Part shown: positions 39,541-54,461 of the stretch, piece after piece
Numbering within the stretch: the stretch's first letter is position 1
Layout: every line of letters starts with the position of its first letter
Source of the DNA: Octopus vulgaris
Lineage: Eukaryota
Reading direction: 5' to 3'
NCBI GenBank assembly: GCA_951406725.2
Contig: OX597821.1
Span: 51,398,001-51,462,000, forward strand
DNA length: 64,000 nt
Translations under genes and position numbers: made by a program
The notes under the pieces: model-generated
The model's database searches: none
What the model was told of the DNA's origin: nothing
Seen by the model: the letters and a program-made list of their open reading frames with translations, nothing else

Positions 39541-41659
39541 TACGACGGGCTTCTTTCAGTTTCCGTCTACCACACCCACTCACAAGGATTTGGTAGGCCC
39601 GAGGCTATAGTAGAACCCACTTACTCAAGGTTCCAGGCAGTGGGATTGAACCTGGAACCATTTGCTTCTTAAGCAAGCTACGCCTATAGCTACTTACCAC
39701 ACAGCCACTCCTACGCCTATTATATAATATATTTTTAATTTCTTTTAACAGGAAGACCGTCGAGATCGGCTTTGCCTTTCTTTCTCTTGAGTTTGATAAA
39801 ATAAGTTAGAGTTGAGCACTGGGGTTGCTGTAATCGAGTTACTCCTCCCTTGAAATTGCTGAGTGTGTGCCCAAATTCGAAACCCATACTGTAACAGAAA
39901 GTCTGTTGAGATAGACTTTGCTTTTTAGGCTTTTGGGGACATTAAAACAAATACCAGAAGTATACTAGAGTCGATGTAATCGACTAGGACCCTCCCCAGA
40001 AAACATTTAGGACTTGTTCCAAAAGCAGAAAGAAATATTCTTGCAAGAAACGTATCAAAATATTTCAATCTTTGAATTCTAGCACTATTCGTACATCCAT
40101 CCATCCATCCCTCCATCCATCCATCCATCTATCCATCCATCCATCCATCCATCCATCCTTCCTTCCTTACTTCCTTCCTTCCTTCTTTTCTATTCTTCTT
40201 ATCTCTTAACTATGACGTTTTGGGTTATTCGATGATGACGTCGCAACCAAATTTACTTCTCTTGGACTTCTGCCCTCTGTGACACTGCGAAATTGATGCC
40301 TGTTCACCCGGATGATGATCGATACACTACTGATTCTGGTCTGGTTGTCAACATGAATGTCTCATAGGCAGGTTAGCTTGGCAGCGCCCATTTCACTCCA
40401 TGTCATTAACCACCTACCGTATGCCTCGAACTCAAAGCCTTTGACCTGACTCAGAGTTTTTTGCCTACTGGTACAGTGTTAACACCATCATCTGACTTGG
40501 TTTAGCCCACCAGTTGAAGCGGGGTACTGCGGGGTGGGGCTAGAAGCCATTAAGTGTGAGACTAGGAGTACAATAAGAACCTGTGATGCCTATACACACA
40601 TGACCATCACTGGCGAAGTGCAGCTGTCAGATACCAAAGCTACTACTCTGTTCAGAGCCCCCTAGCACCATATAAAAATTAAAGTATTAAACATTGATAG
40701 CTGTTCTCTAAGTAGTACGTTGCCTACATCAGGACTAACCTTTAGCTTATTGAAATATTGTGTTGTTTATATCTATGATTTCTTCATGTCATTTTCTTGT
40801 TACCCTACTGAATGCATCATCTAATTTTGGCAAGATTTCCACTCCTATAATTCAGTTACATCTTGTTTATTTATATTTTAAGTTCTTTTTCTAAACATTA
40901 ATAGCGTTACGATCTTTTTTCCAAACCATATTTTGGCCGGTATGTCTTAAAATGACTATCACAGTTCTCAGATTTTCTTTTACTTTGATTATAAATACCT
41001 GGAAGTTTTCTTTGATATTTCTTCCATTCAAGATTGTCTAGTCTCACACTGATATCTATGTTTATCACGTTCCAGTTGTTCTGATGACATCTCCTATCAC
41101 TTCCAGCGTTCATGTTTTCCTCATTCGTTTATCTAACTGTTTCAAATCACCTTCTTTATATCTCTGTATGTCTCTTCCTAATCGAGAGTAAGAAAAAGAA
41201 CACCATCGTCGTTCTGCTGCGTTTAACTCTTGCAAGTTTCATTGCTACTTGTTTTCTTGAACTGAAAATTTGCATGGGTTGTTGTTACTCAACGTTACTT
41301 CAGACATGCCCGAGCAAAACCAATCCAACCACAGCAATCAAGCCCCATTTTCATGTATATTTAACGCGGATGTCTCCATATTATCCAATATGTACTTCCG
41401 TTATTTGAAGGTGTTAAGCAGCGATTTCAGAGGGATGTAAATATTATATGTAATAGGTCGAACGACCACATTAAATTGATGCAATTATCCAACATGAAAT
41501 TATTAGTTTAACAAGATAATATGGCAAAAATAAATGCCTAAGCTCAGAAAGTGTGTCAGAGCATAGTAATTAATTTCATTCCGGAAGGATTCGAGGGGAA
41601 AATTTTGAAAATTCCAAAGATGATATTATTTTAGTTAGTTAAAAAATCATTCTTATTAT

Positions 41660-41956
41660 TATTACTGTTCTCCTTTTTTTGAATCTACTTTCCTTAAAGG
41701 TGATTTTTAAAGATGTTAATATTTAATATAAGAATAAGGCGGCGAACTGTCAGAATTATTAGCACGCCGAGAAAACTGCTTAGCCGCCATTCGTTCGTCC
41801 GTCTTTATGTTCTGATTTTCAAATTCCGCCGAGGCCGAATTTGCTTTTCATCCTTTCGGGGTCGATAAATTATGTACCAGTGAAACACTGGGCCAATGTA
41901 ATCAACTATACCCTCCCCTAAAATTTCAGTCCTTTTGCCATAATAGAAAAGATTAC

Positions 41957-42020
<64 letters not shown>

Positions 42021-42300
42021 TTCGTTCTTTTACATTCACTTTCCGTAATGGTGGTTTTTAAAGATGTTAATATTTAATATAAGAATAGAGCAGCGAGCTG
42101 GCGGAATCGTTAGCACGCCTGGCTAAATGCTTAGCCGTATTTCGTCCATCTTTACGTTCTGATTTTCATATTCCTCCGAGGTTCACTTCGCCATTCATCA
42201 TTTTGAGGTTGGTAAAATAAGTACCAACTCAAGAGCTGGGGTCGATGTAATCGACTTATCCCCTCCCCGTAATTGCTGGCCTTGTCCCAAAATTTGAAAC
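41660..42300 (+). repeat. Old tandem duplication (~350 bp) of flank + family A SINE, separated by (ATT)n
   Basis: TTTTTAAAGATGTTAATATTTAATATAAGAATA precedes both SINE copies (41738-41950, 42088-42300). Confidence 0.75.
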
Positions 42301-43679
42301 CTATATCTCATGTAGGGATTTAATATTATTTAATAACTTGAGGTGTATAGGTCACATTTTCTAATTAGAAAAAGAAATCAGGATGGTGAATGGTAAATAC
42401 TAAAAAAAGTTTTAAAAACACTGTTTTAAATCATTTTTTATAGCTTAACAAATGCGGATATTTTTGTTGTATGTTAAAGACGTTTTCTTTTGTGTGTGTG
42501 CCTTAAGTTATAAATTTTCATAGCATTGTTTCATTATTTTAAGGATTTTGATTATGACATGGATTTTGTTTCAATTGGAACTAATTGGACGCTCCATTTT
42601 AGGCATATACAAGAACAAAATCAATTTCCGGACACTGATTATAAGAGTTCCGGATTCTCTCGTAATCTGTACTAATTACGAACAAAAACCTCAAATTTCC
42701 GTGGTCTCTAGACTAGTTTACATATTAGTACTTTTCACAGTGCAGTATTAATAATCTTACATAATTTGTACAAATGTACATGTACCAGAATATCATTTAC
42801 TCGTTTAACGTTACCAGCTATTAGTTAGTTATGTGAAAGAGGTTTCTCAAGATCGCTTGACTTGCTGTCAATCGCTGCAAATTCTACCCAGAATCGCACC
42901 CTGCTGCCTTAAACGAGAAATACTAGATGTTGTGTTGCTAGATACGTTATACCAGAATGGTGACACCGGTACTACTTTCGGACGTAATACTATTCTATTA
43001 CGGAAGACTTTTGGCTAAATTACAACAATAATACATAAGTACCATAACAGTCTTACTCTGTATATTCTGTCTGCCAACTTTTACTAACAAGTTATTGATG
43101 AGCTGGAGGTTCAGGTACAAGACACCTATCCCAATATTTTGATCATTGTGTTTGAATCCGAAATCATGTGAATAGTTTATGGGCTTCCTAACCACAAAGC
43201 AAATCAGGAACCTTTTACTGTTTATTTATCAAATGCACGAGACATCGAAACAAATTAACATCAAATAAATATGCATAAATATATTATTATTTGTATTATT
43301 TTTCGTGAAATAAATTGCCTAATTGTATTCCATTTTATTACTGTCCAATTTTAACGAAACCGAAACAGACTGCAATTTGATAAAGCTTTTAACATGAAAA
43401 TATATCTTCGTGCATTTAATTCTGCGCGCCTGTGTATGTGTGTTAGTATGTGTACATCTGTATGTATGCGTGTTTAATGCAAACATACATCGATGTACAA
43501 TGTAATATTATGTCAGTTCCTTTCTAATTGTAAATCGTAAATATCATTTTTAAAACCACAAAATTTTTTTCTATAAAAGAACATTTTTAAGCATGAAAAA
43601 TCTTTCTTATCCACCTCTTTTTATCTCTACACACACGCAGACACACACATCCACACGTACACGCACACACATGCACTGA

Positions 43680-44795
43680 GAATAGTTAAGATATATTTTA
43701 TCAATATACTTAAAGCTTTAACCGGTTTCTCAGTTTACACTGATTTTCAAGAAGTTGGAATAGAAAAACATGTCTTATGTCGCAGCTGTGACTAGTGTTT
43801 GAAGCTTGCCCTATTGTTATAGGGAGTTCATGGCTCAAATTATTATATGTTCAGTGAATACCACAGATAAAGTTTTGATAAACAAAGAAAATACTTTCAT
43901 ACAAAAATACAAACCAAGACTTAACAAACTTTATCAATGTGCACAGAGAGCAACAATCATTCTGCCACTTAACATGAGAAACCTACGAAGCTAACACCCT
44001 AAATTTTAGCGACTGGATATACAAACGGCTCTTGTCCACTCTCCCACCAGACAGATGAAATTTGGTGTGCCATGATTGTGACTAAACATGTTTATTCAAC
44101 CGTGTTGGCCGTCATTTTGGGCGCAAAATATACTGTCACGCGACACCAACACACGAATATATCGAGAAACGTACAAAAACGTATTATAAACGTATTATAA
44201 ATCATGTGATCATTCTCTATAAACATTTGAAGCATTCAGAGTATTGATTCTTTGGACATGTTCACTCAACCGCGTCAGCCTTAACTTACGACGCCAAACG
44301 CGGGGAATCTACAAAAATTTTTAACACCTGTCATGTGACTGTCCTCTACCAATCAAATTGAACTCTTTGAAAATCAGAGTAAAGTGTGAAACTTCAAGTG
44401 CAGTTTGATCGTATTCTAACTATGCTTATGTTTATCGCGCGACTTTTTTATTCTGTTTTCATGATGTCCCGTTTCATTTCTAGTACCCGAGGCTTTGATT
44501 AATCGATAATCTCTATTGTTGGATTTTTCTGGATGATATATTTCAACTATATTGTCACCGTCTTTTATGCTATCTGAGATTTTGCAGTCTATCTGTTGTT
44601 TATTTTGGTTATTGGTGTTAAATTCTGTGTAATTTTGATTTGTTTGTTCTCTATCTTTTACTTTTTACCTTTTCTTTTCACACACGAGGAATACCTTAGA
44701 CTAGAACTGGTAGTATACCATAAGAATACTACTGGCTATTTGGGAAATCTAAGGGTGAACGAGCTCTTATACGTTCTTAACAGAACACACCTCAT
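43680..44795 (+). mobile_element. Decayed PLE 3' end with inverted HHR-like pair (43715-43756 minus; 44363-44398 plus)
   Basis: KENTFIQKYKPRLN (GIY-YIG C-terminus) at ~43880-43930. Homologous TTGAAAA-TCAG.GTAAA.TG.-GAAA motifs occur in opposite orientations. Confidence 0.6.
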
Positions 44796-44816
44796 ATATA
44801 TATATGTATCTATTAG

Positions 44817-45228
44817 GGCGGCTAGCTGACAGAAACGTTAGCACACCGGGTGAAATGCGTAACCGTATTTCGTCTGCCGTTACGTTCTGAGTTCAAATTC
44901 CGCCGAGATCGACTTTGCTTTTCATCCTTTCGAGGTCGATTAAGTAAGTACCAGTTACGCACTGTAGTCGATATAATCGACTTAATCCGTTTGTCTGTCC
45001 TTGTTTTTCCCCTTTGTGTGTAGCCCCTTGTGGGTAGAAAAGAAACAGGTATTTCGTCTGCCATTACATTCTGAGTTCAAATTCTGGCGCGGTCGGCTTT
45101 GCCTTTCATCCTTTCGAGGTCGATTAAATAAATACCAATTACGCACTGAGATCGATGTAATCGCCTTTATCCCTTTGTCTGTCCTTGTTTGTCCCCTCTA
45201 TGTTAGCCCTCTGTGGGCAGTAAAGAAA
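44817..45228 (+). mobile_element. SINE family A with tandemly duplicated body
   Basis: The segment GTATTTCGTCTGCC...CCCCTTGTGGG..AAAGAAA occurs twice (44865-45048, 45049-45228). Confidence 0.85.
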
Positions 45229-45240
45229 TATATCTATATA

Positions 45241-45367
<127 letters not shown>

Positions 45368-46647
45368 ATGTATGTACATACATGTATGTATATACATACG
45401 TATAACTGGCTTCTGAAGAGTTTCTGCCCACTATTTTTATTGAAAAGTATTGAGGCTATCCTAGAAGATATTCGCACACTAAATTAAGAAATACAATTGA
45501 CTCACACTTTGTGAAGAAAAAGAACTTGTGAATCATACAGTAATGATTCTAACACATTGAGCTTTATTTAGTTATTATTTATGGAAGAGTGTTTCAGAGG
45601 GATGTGTAGAGATTCCATTCTTGGATTCCATTATTTGTTGGAGGGTTTGTTGTAATGAGATCTGTCACCTTTAACATCAGTATCTCTACATGATAAATCG
45701 AGTTATTTCTTGCGTCTCCAGCTACCACATTTGCGAACACTCATTGGTTCACACAAGTGCGTATGAGCTCATTTGTGTGTGTTGTGTGCGCGCGTGTGTG
45801 TGTGTGTGTGTGTGTGTTCTTGTAGTAGTGTGTGTTTGTTATTTGTACGTGCATTGGATATTTGGTAGCTGCTACACACATATAGAATATGTAACAGACT
45901 AAGCTGAGTATTGTCGTACATTGAATGGTCAACTAGCATAATTAGTTGACTTGTCCCAAGGGAAACACTTTTATTTCTATAATAAATGACAAGCCGGATA
46001 TATTGATATTTGTAATTAATAATACCGCATTACATATTGGTTTCAAACTTTGTCTCAAGACCGGCAGGTTTTGGCGGAGGAACTAAATTAATTGAATTAA
46101 CCCCAGTGTTGAACTGTTACTTATTTTATCGATGAAAGGCAAAGTCGACCTCGGCGGAATTTGAACTCAGAACGTAAAGACGGACGAAATGCCGCTAAGC
46201 ATATCACCCGTCGTGCTAAACATACTACCATGTCGACCTCTTAATGTTACATTACATATTACAGAACAAAAGTGAGTTCTGTTGATAGAATAAGGAGTTA
46301 CTGATGTGTGTGATATGTTCAAGTTCTGTGGTTCCATCGATGGTGGGGGATTGGCGGAAATGTTCAAGTGAGACAATATGATTTGCAGTATATTTACTAG
46401 TAAAGCCTACGATGACACTGGTAGGAAATAAATAGAACCCAGTACATATTTTATAAAGTCTGGTGCATATTGTACTGATACTTTTGCAGAACCACTAATT
46501 TTTGGTGCTGGATGAAAACAAACTAACGCCGATTGCCAAGCAGTGAGGCGAAATACAAACACAAACACATACGCATACTAACAGTGGAGCGAAATGCAAA
46601 TACAAACACACAAACACACACATACCTAGACAGACATACATACAGAC

Positions 46648-46738
<91 letters not shown>

Positions 46739-48148
46739 CAGATAGGTACATTGGTAGATAAGTAAATAGATACGTACATACATGAATACAAGCCTACATA
46801 TCGTTGCTATTATGCAAAAGTGTCGTAAGTTCAAAACGTTGTTTTTCAGAATAAAAAAAAAAAGCTTTACCATTCCATAGCAAGCAACGTTGTACTACAC
46901 TTTGACATATCTTGGCATCTCAAACCGCTGGAGATTTTCCCAAAAGAACCGGCTATTGTAAGCAAAAATATATGTTGATAAAAACGCATTTGGCTAAACT
47001 TGGACATACGACAGTTTAACATAATAGCAACGATATGTACATACATGTATATATATCTTTATACATATATATATGTTGCGAGAGGAAGAAATAGAGGGAG
47101 AGAGAGAAAGACAGAGGGAGAGAGAGAAGAAAGATATAGCCAAACAGGCTGAGATAGATAAATAGATTATGTACGGCAGGCTTTCGCACAGTCTCCACTC
47201 TCCAAAATTTATTTACAATTCGTTGTGAGTATTTACATGTCCATGCACATGCATATTTATATATAATGTGTGTGTGTATGTTCATGTGTGTGTGCGTGTG
47301 TGTGTGCACGCATGAATGTATGCTTGCATTAATGTATGTAATTTAGATAAGATGAAATGTACTGAAGCTGTATGAAAATTTTCGTAATAAATTAAACTGT
47401 AACATATATAGCTGGTGAGTGTATAACATAATCTTGAGTCATATCCATCAGACCACGTTGCATGAATATGCATATTATACCGGCCCAAATTTTTCCTCGT
47501 CACATTTTACACTGAAAAATAAAAATAAATACTTCATTAGGCCATGGTTTACTAATGATGTTCGATAAGGCTGAACAATGCCTGGTAGGAAATGTTAGAA
47601 TCTTTTTATACAAAATAAATTTTCACTGAAATTTGTTCAAGTTTTTTGAAAGTTTCTCCTCTTTTCTTTAAGCGTCGTTATCAGTTGCTGAAGTATTTCC
47701 TTTTCATTCTATAAATGCAAATTTCTATTCTATCAGTATTTGGTGGCTTACGTCATTTAGTACATCGCCACGTATCCGATATATCTGAATTTATTCTATA
47801 TTTCCACTTCATTTACTTCCTTTAGCTTAGGTTCTAAACCATCTACCTACGCATATTAATGTATATGTATCTGTATGTGAAGGTATATGGATATAATGGC
47901 CGACCACTGTATTTATACCAATACATATATGCATTATACATTTTCTAATCTCTATATTTTTGTCACACCGCCATTTTTCTCACTCATATATATATATATG
48001 CACAAGCACATACATATGTGAGAATAGACATATTTTATGTATTTATAGAGATATTTAAATCGATACTGTGATTGATTGGAATGTCTCTCCAGAATATCAA
48101 TAACATATCCATTAATACAACTTTTTCTCCACTTTTTTTCTTTTTCAG

Positions 48149-48260
48149 TCATTGTTTTATGTGCATCACCCGATACAGTGCGAGACATAATGATCAAAGC
48201 AGCTGAACTGAATTTTCATAACGGAGAATATGTTTTCTTCAATATCGATCTGTTCCGAAG
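48149..48260 (+). CDS. Internal coding exon of a natriuretic-peptide-receptor / receptor guanylyl cyclase (NPR1/GC-A-like), extracellular ANF-receptor ligand-binding domain
   Basis: Polypyrimidine tract + TTTTTCAG acceptor ending at 48148; GTAAGT donor at 48261. Translates to (V)IVLCASPDTVRDIMIKAAELNFHNGEYVFFNIDLFR, matching the family motif VI.lC.SPd.vR.iMl.A..l....geYVFF.iDlF. Starts in phase 1, ends in phase 2. The exact orthologue cannot be assigned from one exon. Confidence 0.9.
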
Positions 48261-50185
48261 GTAAGTTATTGTCACTTTCTTCATTGCTTACTAAAAAAAG
48301 AACAAAACTTACTGTTGTTCTTATTGCTTCTATGTTGCTATTTTGTACAAGGAGGAGAGGCGGGGAACGGGAGTACATATAGTTGAATTAGTTATTTCAG
48401 TTGTTGGTTTTCTTAAACTTCCGGACAGTCCTGATCAAGTACATTTACTTTCTAAGACATTCTACCGCAAATTATTCCATTTTATTTACTGATAGTGTAT
48501 CCAAAGCTAAATTGTTTTGCATGTTCTAAGTTCTAAGCTCACTGAAGTCCAATTTAGCTTGCATTATTTCGGCGCCGATAGAAAGAAGTAGTGTTTAGGT
48601 GCTGAGGTTAATGGTAAGATTTAATTCCCTACCTTTATTTTATCAGATACAGTGCACCAGAGATCGGATCTATTAACGTGCCCTCTTTTTAATGATCTTG
48701 CGGATCCATTAACATTGCAGTTATTTCTGGAAGGACAAGCAAGGGCACAATTGCTCCGTTGCGGGTACCAAATTCCTAGATACAGTGAATGGTATAGCAC
48801 AGGGCTGTTCTCCTACCCATATGTTGTGACGAAATAGTTTGAGTGAATTATCTAAACAGCCAATCATTAATTGGATTCACCAGGAATTCGTTATCCATTT
48901 CTTAGTCGCAAAACAACAGAATCGCAGATATATTGCAAGTGGGTGTGGCTGTATCATACTGAACATTACAAGAACTGATCAGTTGTTAACACTCTTGTAG
49001 TCTCAGCTCATGGTTCAAGTATCTTCCATATGGGCAAAAAAGAAAAAAAAAGGCTGGCACTATATGTTTGTTGAGCGGGAACATGGCATGTTCCGGTACA
49101 CTCTTTTGATTCGTAGCTTCAGCCATCTTTCTATAATTACGTTGCTAATTAATTCGCAAAAGGTACGAACATTACAATAATCACATTAATTTTTCTCATA
49201 AGAAGAAGTTTATTATTGCATAGTAAATTGATGAAAAACCATAGAAAATGACTACTAATGACTTGAAGTGACAAGACACATTGAGTTGATAGCAAACTAT
49301 TACCTGGATTCAATGATATGATAACAAAATATAAAATAGAGCAAACAAATTCTTGAAGTGAGAAATACCCTAAATCTAAGAAGTTATATGTTTTGAAAAA
49401 AAATGTTCTGTTTTAATGGATTTAATAGGATCACACCATCTCTAGTAATACGTTCACCACTAACATTATTGCAAGTAAACATATATACAGCAATTATCAT
49501 GAGATGTTTTCCACACGGATAAAACACAGAAAATCTAGTTTATTAGATTAAGGCAATTTTAAGATTTTTTTATCCAAATAGTAAGCTGAGCATGATATCG
49601 CATTTTCTATAGATAATATACTTCACATGCAATTAGTTTATCTGAAGTACCAGCAACTGTATGCTAATTTGCAGGTGTATAAATTTAGCATTTATTGACG
49701 AGATTTCATTAAGAGACCTTGCATCAGATACTGCCTCAGAGACCTGTCAATTCTTTCTGAATGCTTGAAAGTGGGAAAAAGGAATTGAGAAAAATCTTAA
49801 TGTTAATGATATTCGTCAGCTTAGTACAAGCTGAAAAAAAATGTTCATCTGTTGTTTTACGTGCTGTCAATTTGGGAAAAGAAAAGAAATGTAAAAACTG
49901 ATGCTAACTTATACACATTAAATCTAAAATACTAATTTGATGTTAAGAGATTTGTGATGGTGGCAGCGGTTGAAATAAATCAACGGATAGACTTTGCGAA
50001 TAAATTTATTGCCAGCTTTGTATTTTACGTTCCTGAATACAGCCAAATATCTAGGCACATTTTTTTAGTGTTTTGTTTATAAGTATAATCTCTTAGCATA
50101 CCTTAAACTCCATTCTATTCGCAAATTTTCTGTCTAGATGGATACATATATTCACACACACACACACATACACACACACACATAC

Positions 50186-50260
<75 letters not shown>

Positions 50261-50289
50261 ATATATATATATGTATATATATATACACA

Positions 50290-51361
<1,072 letters not shown>

Positions 51362-51904
51362 CACAATTACATTTAATGAAATGAAAGCACGTTTATGAAA
51401 ATAAATATGTCACTCATGTAAATTGATACATACAAGAAATTGCTCCACTTGTTATATACACACACGCATACACACACACATATACATATATTTATAATTA
51501 TATCTGTACGTGTGTATATAAATGGTGGAATTCTCTCTGGCATATATCAATTTACATGAGTGACATAAATGTGTTCTCATTGAATTAAATATAATTATAT
51601 ATGTCATATTTAGATATAACGTATTATAGTTTGTGGTAATTGTGAGTATCAACTGACTTAATCAAACTGTATTTGATTAAACCTAGTAATCCTCGTTACA
51701 CGAAGTGTCAGTTATAAAGGACATTCATATCAAATCGCTCTGTATTTTTCTTTTTGCCAATATACTAATATCCTAAATCCGAATTATGATACCTCTTAAC
51801 GGGTTTATATCCTGTATTGAAACATATTGAAAGCATGCACTTTCAAACAGACACCGACTAGAAAACTTATTTTTAGTGTATGAAGGCTGTTTAAATTTAT
51901 CTTT

Positions 51905-52374
51905 CAACTTTTACTTGTATCATTCGCCTGACAGCATCCAATGCTGGGGCAGTACCCTAAAAGGTTCTTTTGGAAAAGAATCGTCTCCACCTCCATCGAG
52001 TATATTAATTTTTTTAAATCGGTTATTTATTCTAACGGTCACTTTTGCTGTACAGCATAGATTGTCGAGTTGTAGGGGTGGATAGAAACAAAACAAAGAC
52101 TCGCACTTACACACGCGCGTGTGTGTGTATATACATGCGCCTGTGTGCGTGCTTGTGTGTGTGTGCGTGTGACAGCATTCTTTCAGTTTCCTGTCTGCCA
52201 AAAAACTTGTGAGTCACAAGTAGGAGTCATAGTAGGAGGCACTTGTCGAACGTGTTATGCGACCGGACTGGACTCGATATCTCATGATTGGTCTGCATAC
52301 TTCTTTCCAACACTGCGTGGCAACTTCGACAAGTGTCTTCTACTATAGCTTCGGGAAACTGAAAGAAGCCTGTC

Positions 52375-52425
<51 letters not shown>

Positions 52426-52650
52426 TATACATATATGTTTGTGTATGTGTTTGTGTATCTCTGTTTGCCCTCCCAACATCGCTTGACAACTGATGCTGGT
52501 GTGTTTACGTTCCTGTAACTTAGCGGTTCGGCAAGAGAGACCGATAAAATAAATACTAGGCTTACAAATAATAAGTCCTGGGGCTGGTTTGCTCGACTAA
52601 AGCGCTGCACCAGCATAGCCACAGTCAAATGACTGCAACAAATAAAAAAA
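51905..52650. mobile_element. Two family-B SINEs in inverted orientation
   Basis: 51905-52300 (minus, old) and 52315-52650 (plus, younger, 5'-clipped). Confidence 0.7.
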
Positions 52651-52705
52651 AAAGTAAGACGTTAAAATATATAATGCTATTTTTATAACATTTAATCACT
52701 AAATA

Positions 52706-53222
52706 TCTATATATATAAAACTGTAGTTGTGTGAGTGTCTGTCTCCTACGATTTAGATTCCTAACTCCTCCCACATTTTGCGGTCCAGTTTAACCAAAAC
52801 CGGGTATCTTATAGTCGTGATTCATATCGAGCCCGTCTGGCTATTAGCGCGCGTCTACGATGAGTCTACGATTTTAAAAATAATTTAACATCATTTTTTA
52901 TTCCATTTTAATGCATAATTTTTCGTGTGTCGATGGCGGCGGAGTTGGCGTCCACGCTCAAACACCTGCACCTGTGTTTGCTTCTCCCCCTTCTTCCCTC
53001 CCTCGTGAAGCTGTGGGGAAGGGAGTTTAAGGAAATCAACTTCGTAATGCGTTGTCAAGGAGACCAGCGTTCTTTTAGAACAACGACTTCATCGCTTGAA
53101 GACACCAAAACAGAAATGGCTAAGAAAGCCCGAATTGGCATCTATAAAGGAAGTAACTCTCTAAAAATGCTTATATAGTTATTTCCCTTACAAACCCGAG
53201 CAACGCCGGGTGATACTGCTAG
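52706..53222 (+). mobile_element. Complete non-autonomous Helitron
   Basis: Inserted between A(52705) and T(53223) with no TSD. 5' TCTATATATATAAAA; 3' hairpin CCCGAGCAACGCCGGG followed by CTAG. Confidence 0.85.
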
Positions 53223-54324
53223 TAATATATAATCAACAAATATATTTTCAAGTTAAAAGTCCGTATACACCACATATTCTAAGACTACTGTCTCTTCACA
53301 TTTGGAATGGACCGTAGATGCCTTTTGAAAAATCTCTGTCACGACATGTAGATTGTTTTTCTCACATATCTACTCATTCGCTTTGTTATACGCCCCTATT
53401 AGCGGAGTACATTCTCTTGCAAATATCTGGACAACGTCTCCGAACTGACCATAATGCATATATTCTTCCTCTTACTTCTCGAATAACTCCAGAGATTTTG
53501 CAAAAAGATTTTGGGGTATCGTTTTTTCTTCTCTGCCTGAGCAGTAAAGTTCTATATTGTACCTAACCAAAATAAACCAATAATATATAACAACCAGATC
53601 TCTCTAGAATCTTCATACTGATACCTAAGCAATTTAATGAAAATATATTATTCATATATTTACAACACAATAAAACGCCAAATTAAATCATATATGAAAA
53701 TAGCAATTAATAATCGAAAGGAAAGTTAATGAGACCAAAGAAATGCAGAGAAAGGAATGTAATATATCCAAATATGTTCAGTTTATTCCTCCTTATTTGT
53801 ATAGGAAATTTAATACGATTTGGCAGTTTGAAACCTTTCCAGATTCCTTTATTTGCAAAAATAATTCAATTATATATCCAGTTAAGAAAATAGATTATTG
53901 TATATTGGAATAGTTCTTCATGGCATATATCGTTTATTTTTGCAACTTTTCTGTCTTTTATAAATATATATTTTGCATGTATGAATGAAATTTATGAGAA
54001 AGAATGGTTAAATACGTGTGTATGCGTGTGTGTGTATTTATAAATACACTCACACACAAACACACACACACGCATACACGCACACACATATATGTATATG
54101 TGTGTGTATGAGTGTGTACGTGTGTGTGAATACATATATATGAAGATATACATAAAGACAGACACACATATACATGTGTATGTGCGTAGGTATGTACAAA
54201 TACATATACATTCATGCACATAAATCTATCTATATATATATATATATATATGTGTGTATATATAAATGTATATATGTGTGTATGTATATATATATATGTA
54301 TGTATATATGTATGTATGTATGTA

Positions 54325-54402
<78 letters not shown>

Positions 54403-54412
54403 ACGTATATGT

Positions 54413-54461
<49 letters not shown>

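Larger units (their letters stand above)
38388..39718 (-). mobile_element. SINE family B, split by the fold-back insertion at 38671-39509
   Basis: 38388-38630 and 39541-39718 match the two halves of the SINE at 1943-2424. Confidence 0.85.

Noticed and set aside
40900-41400. Minus-strand LINE endonuclease remnant (ENG.., GDV.S.. motifs)
   Set aside because: Similarity is too fragmentary to call without BLASTx.
48076-48148. N-terminal part of ORF 48076..48264 as coding
   Set aside because: It is the intron's polypyrimidine tract upstream of the AG acceptor.
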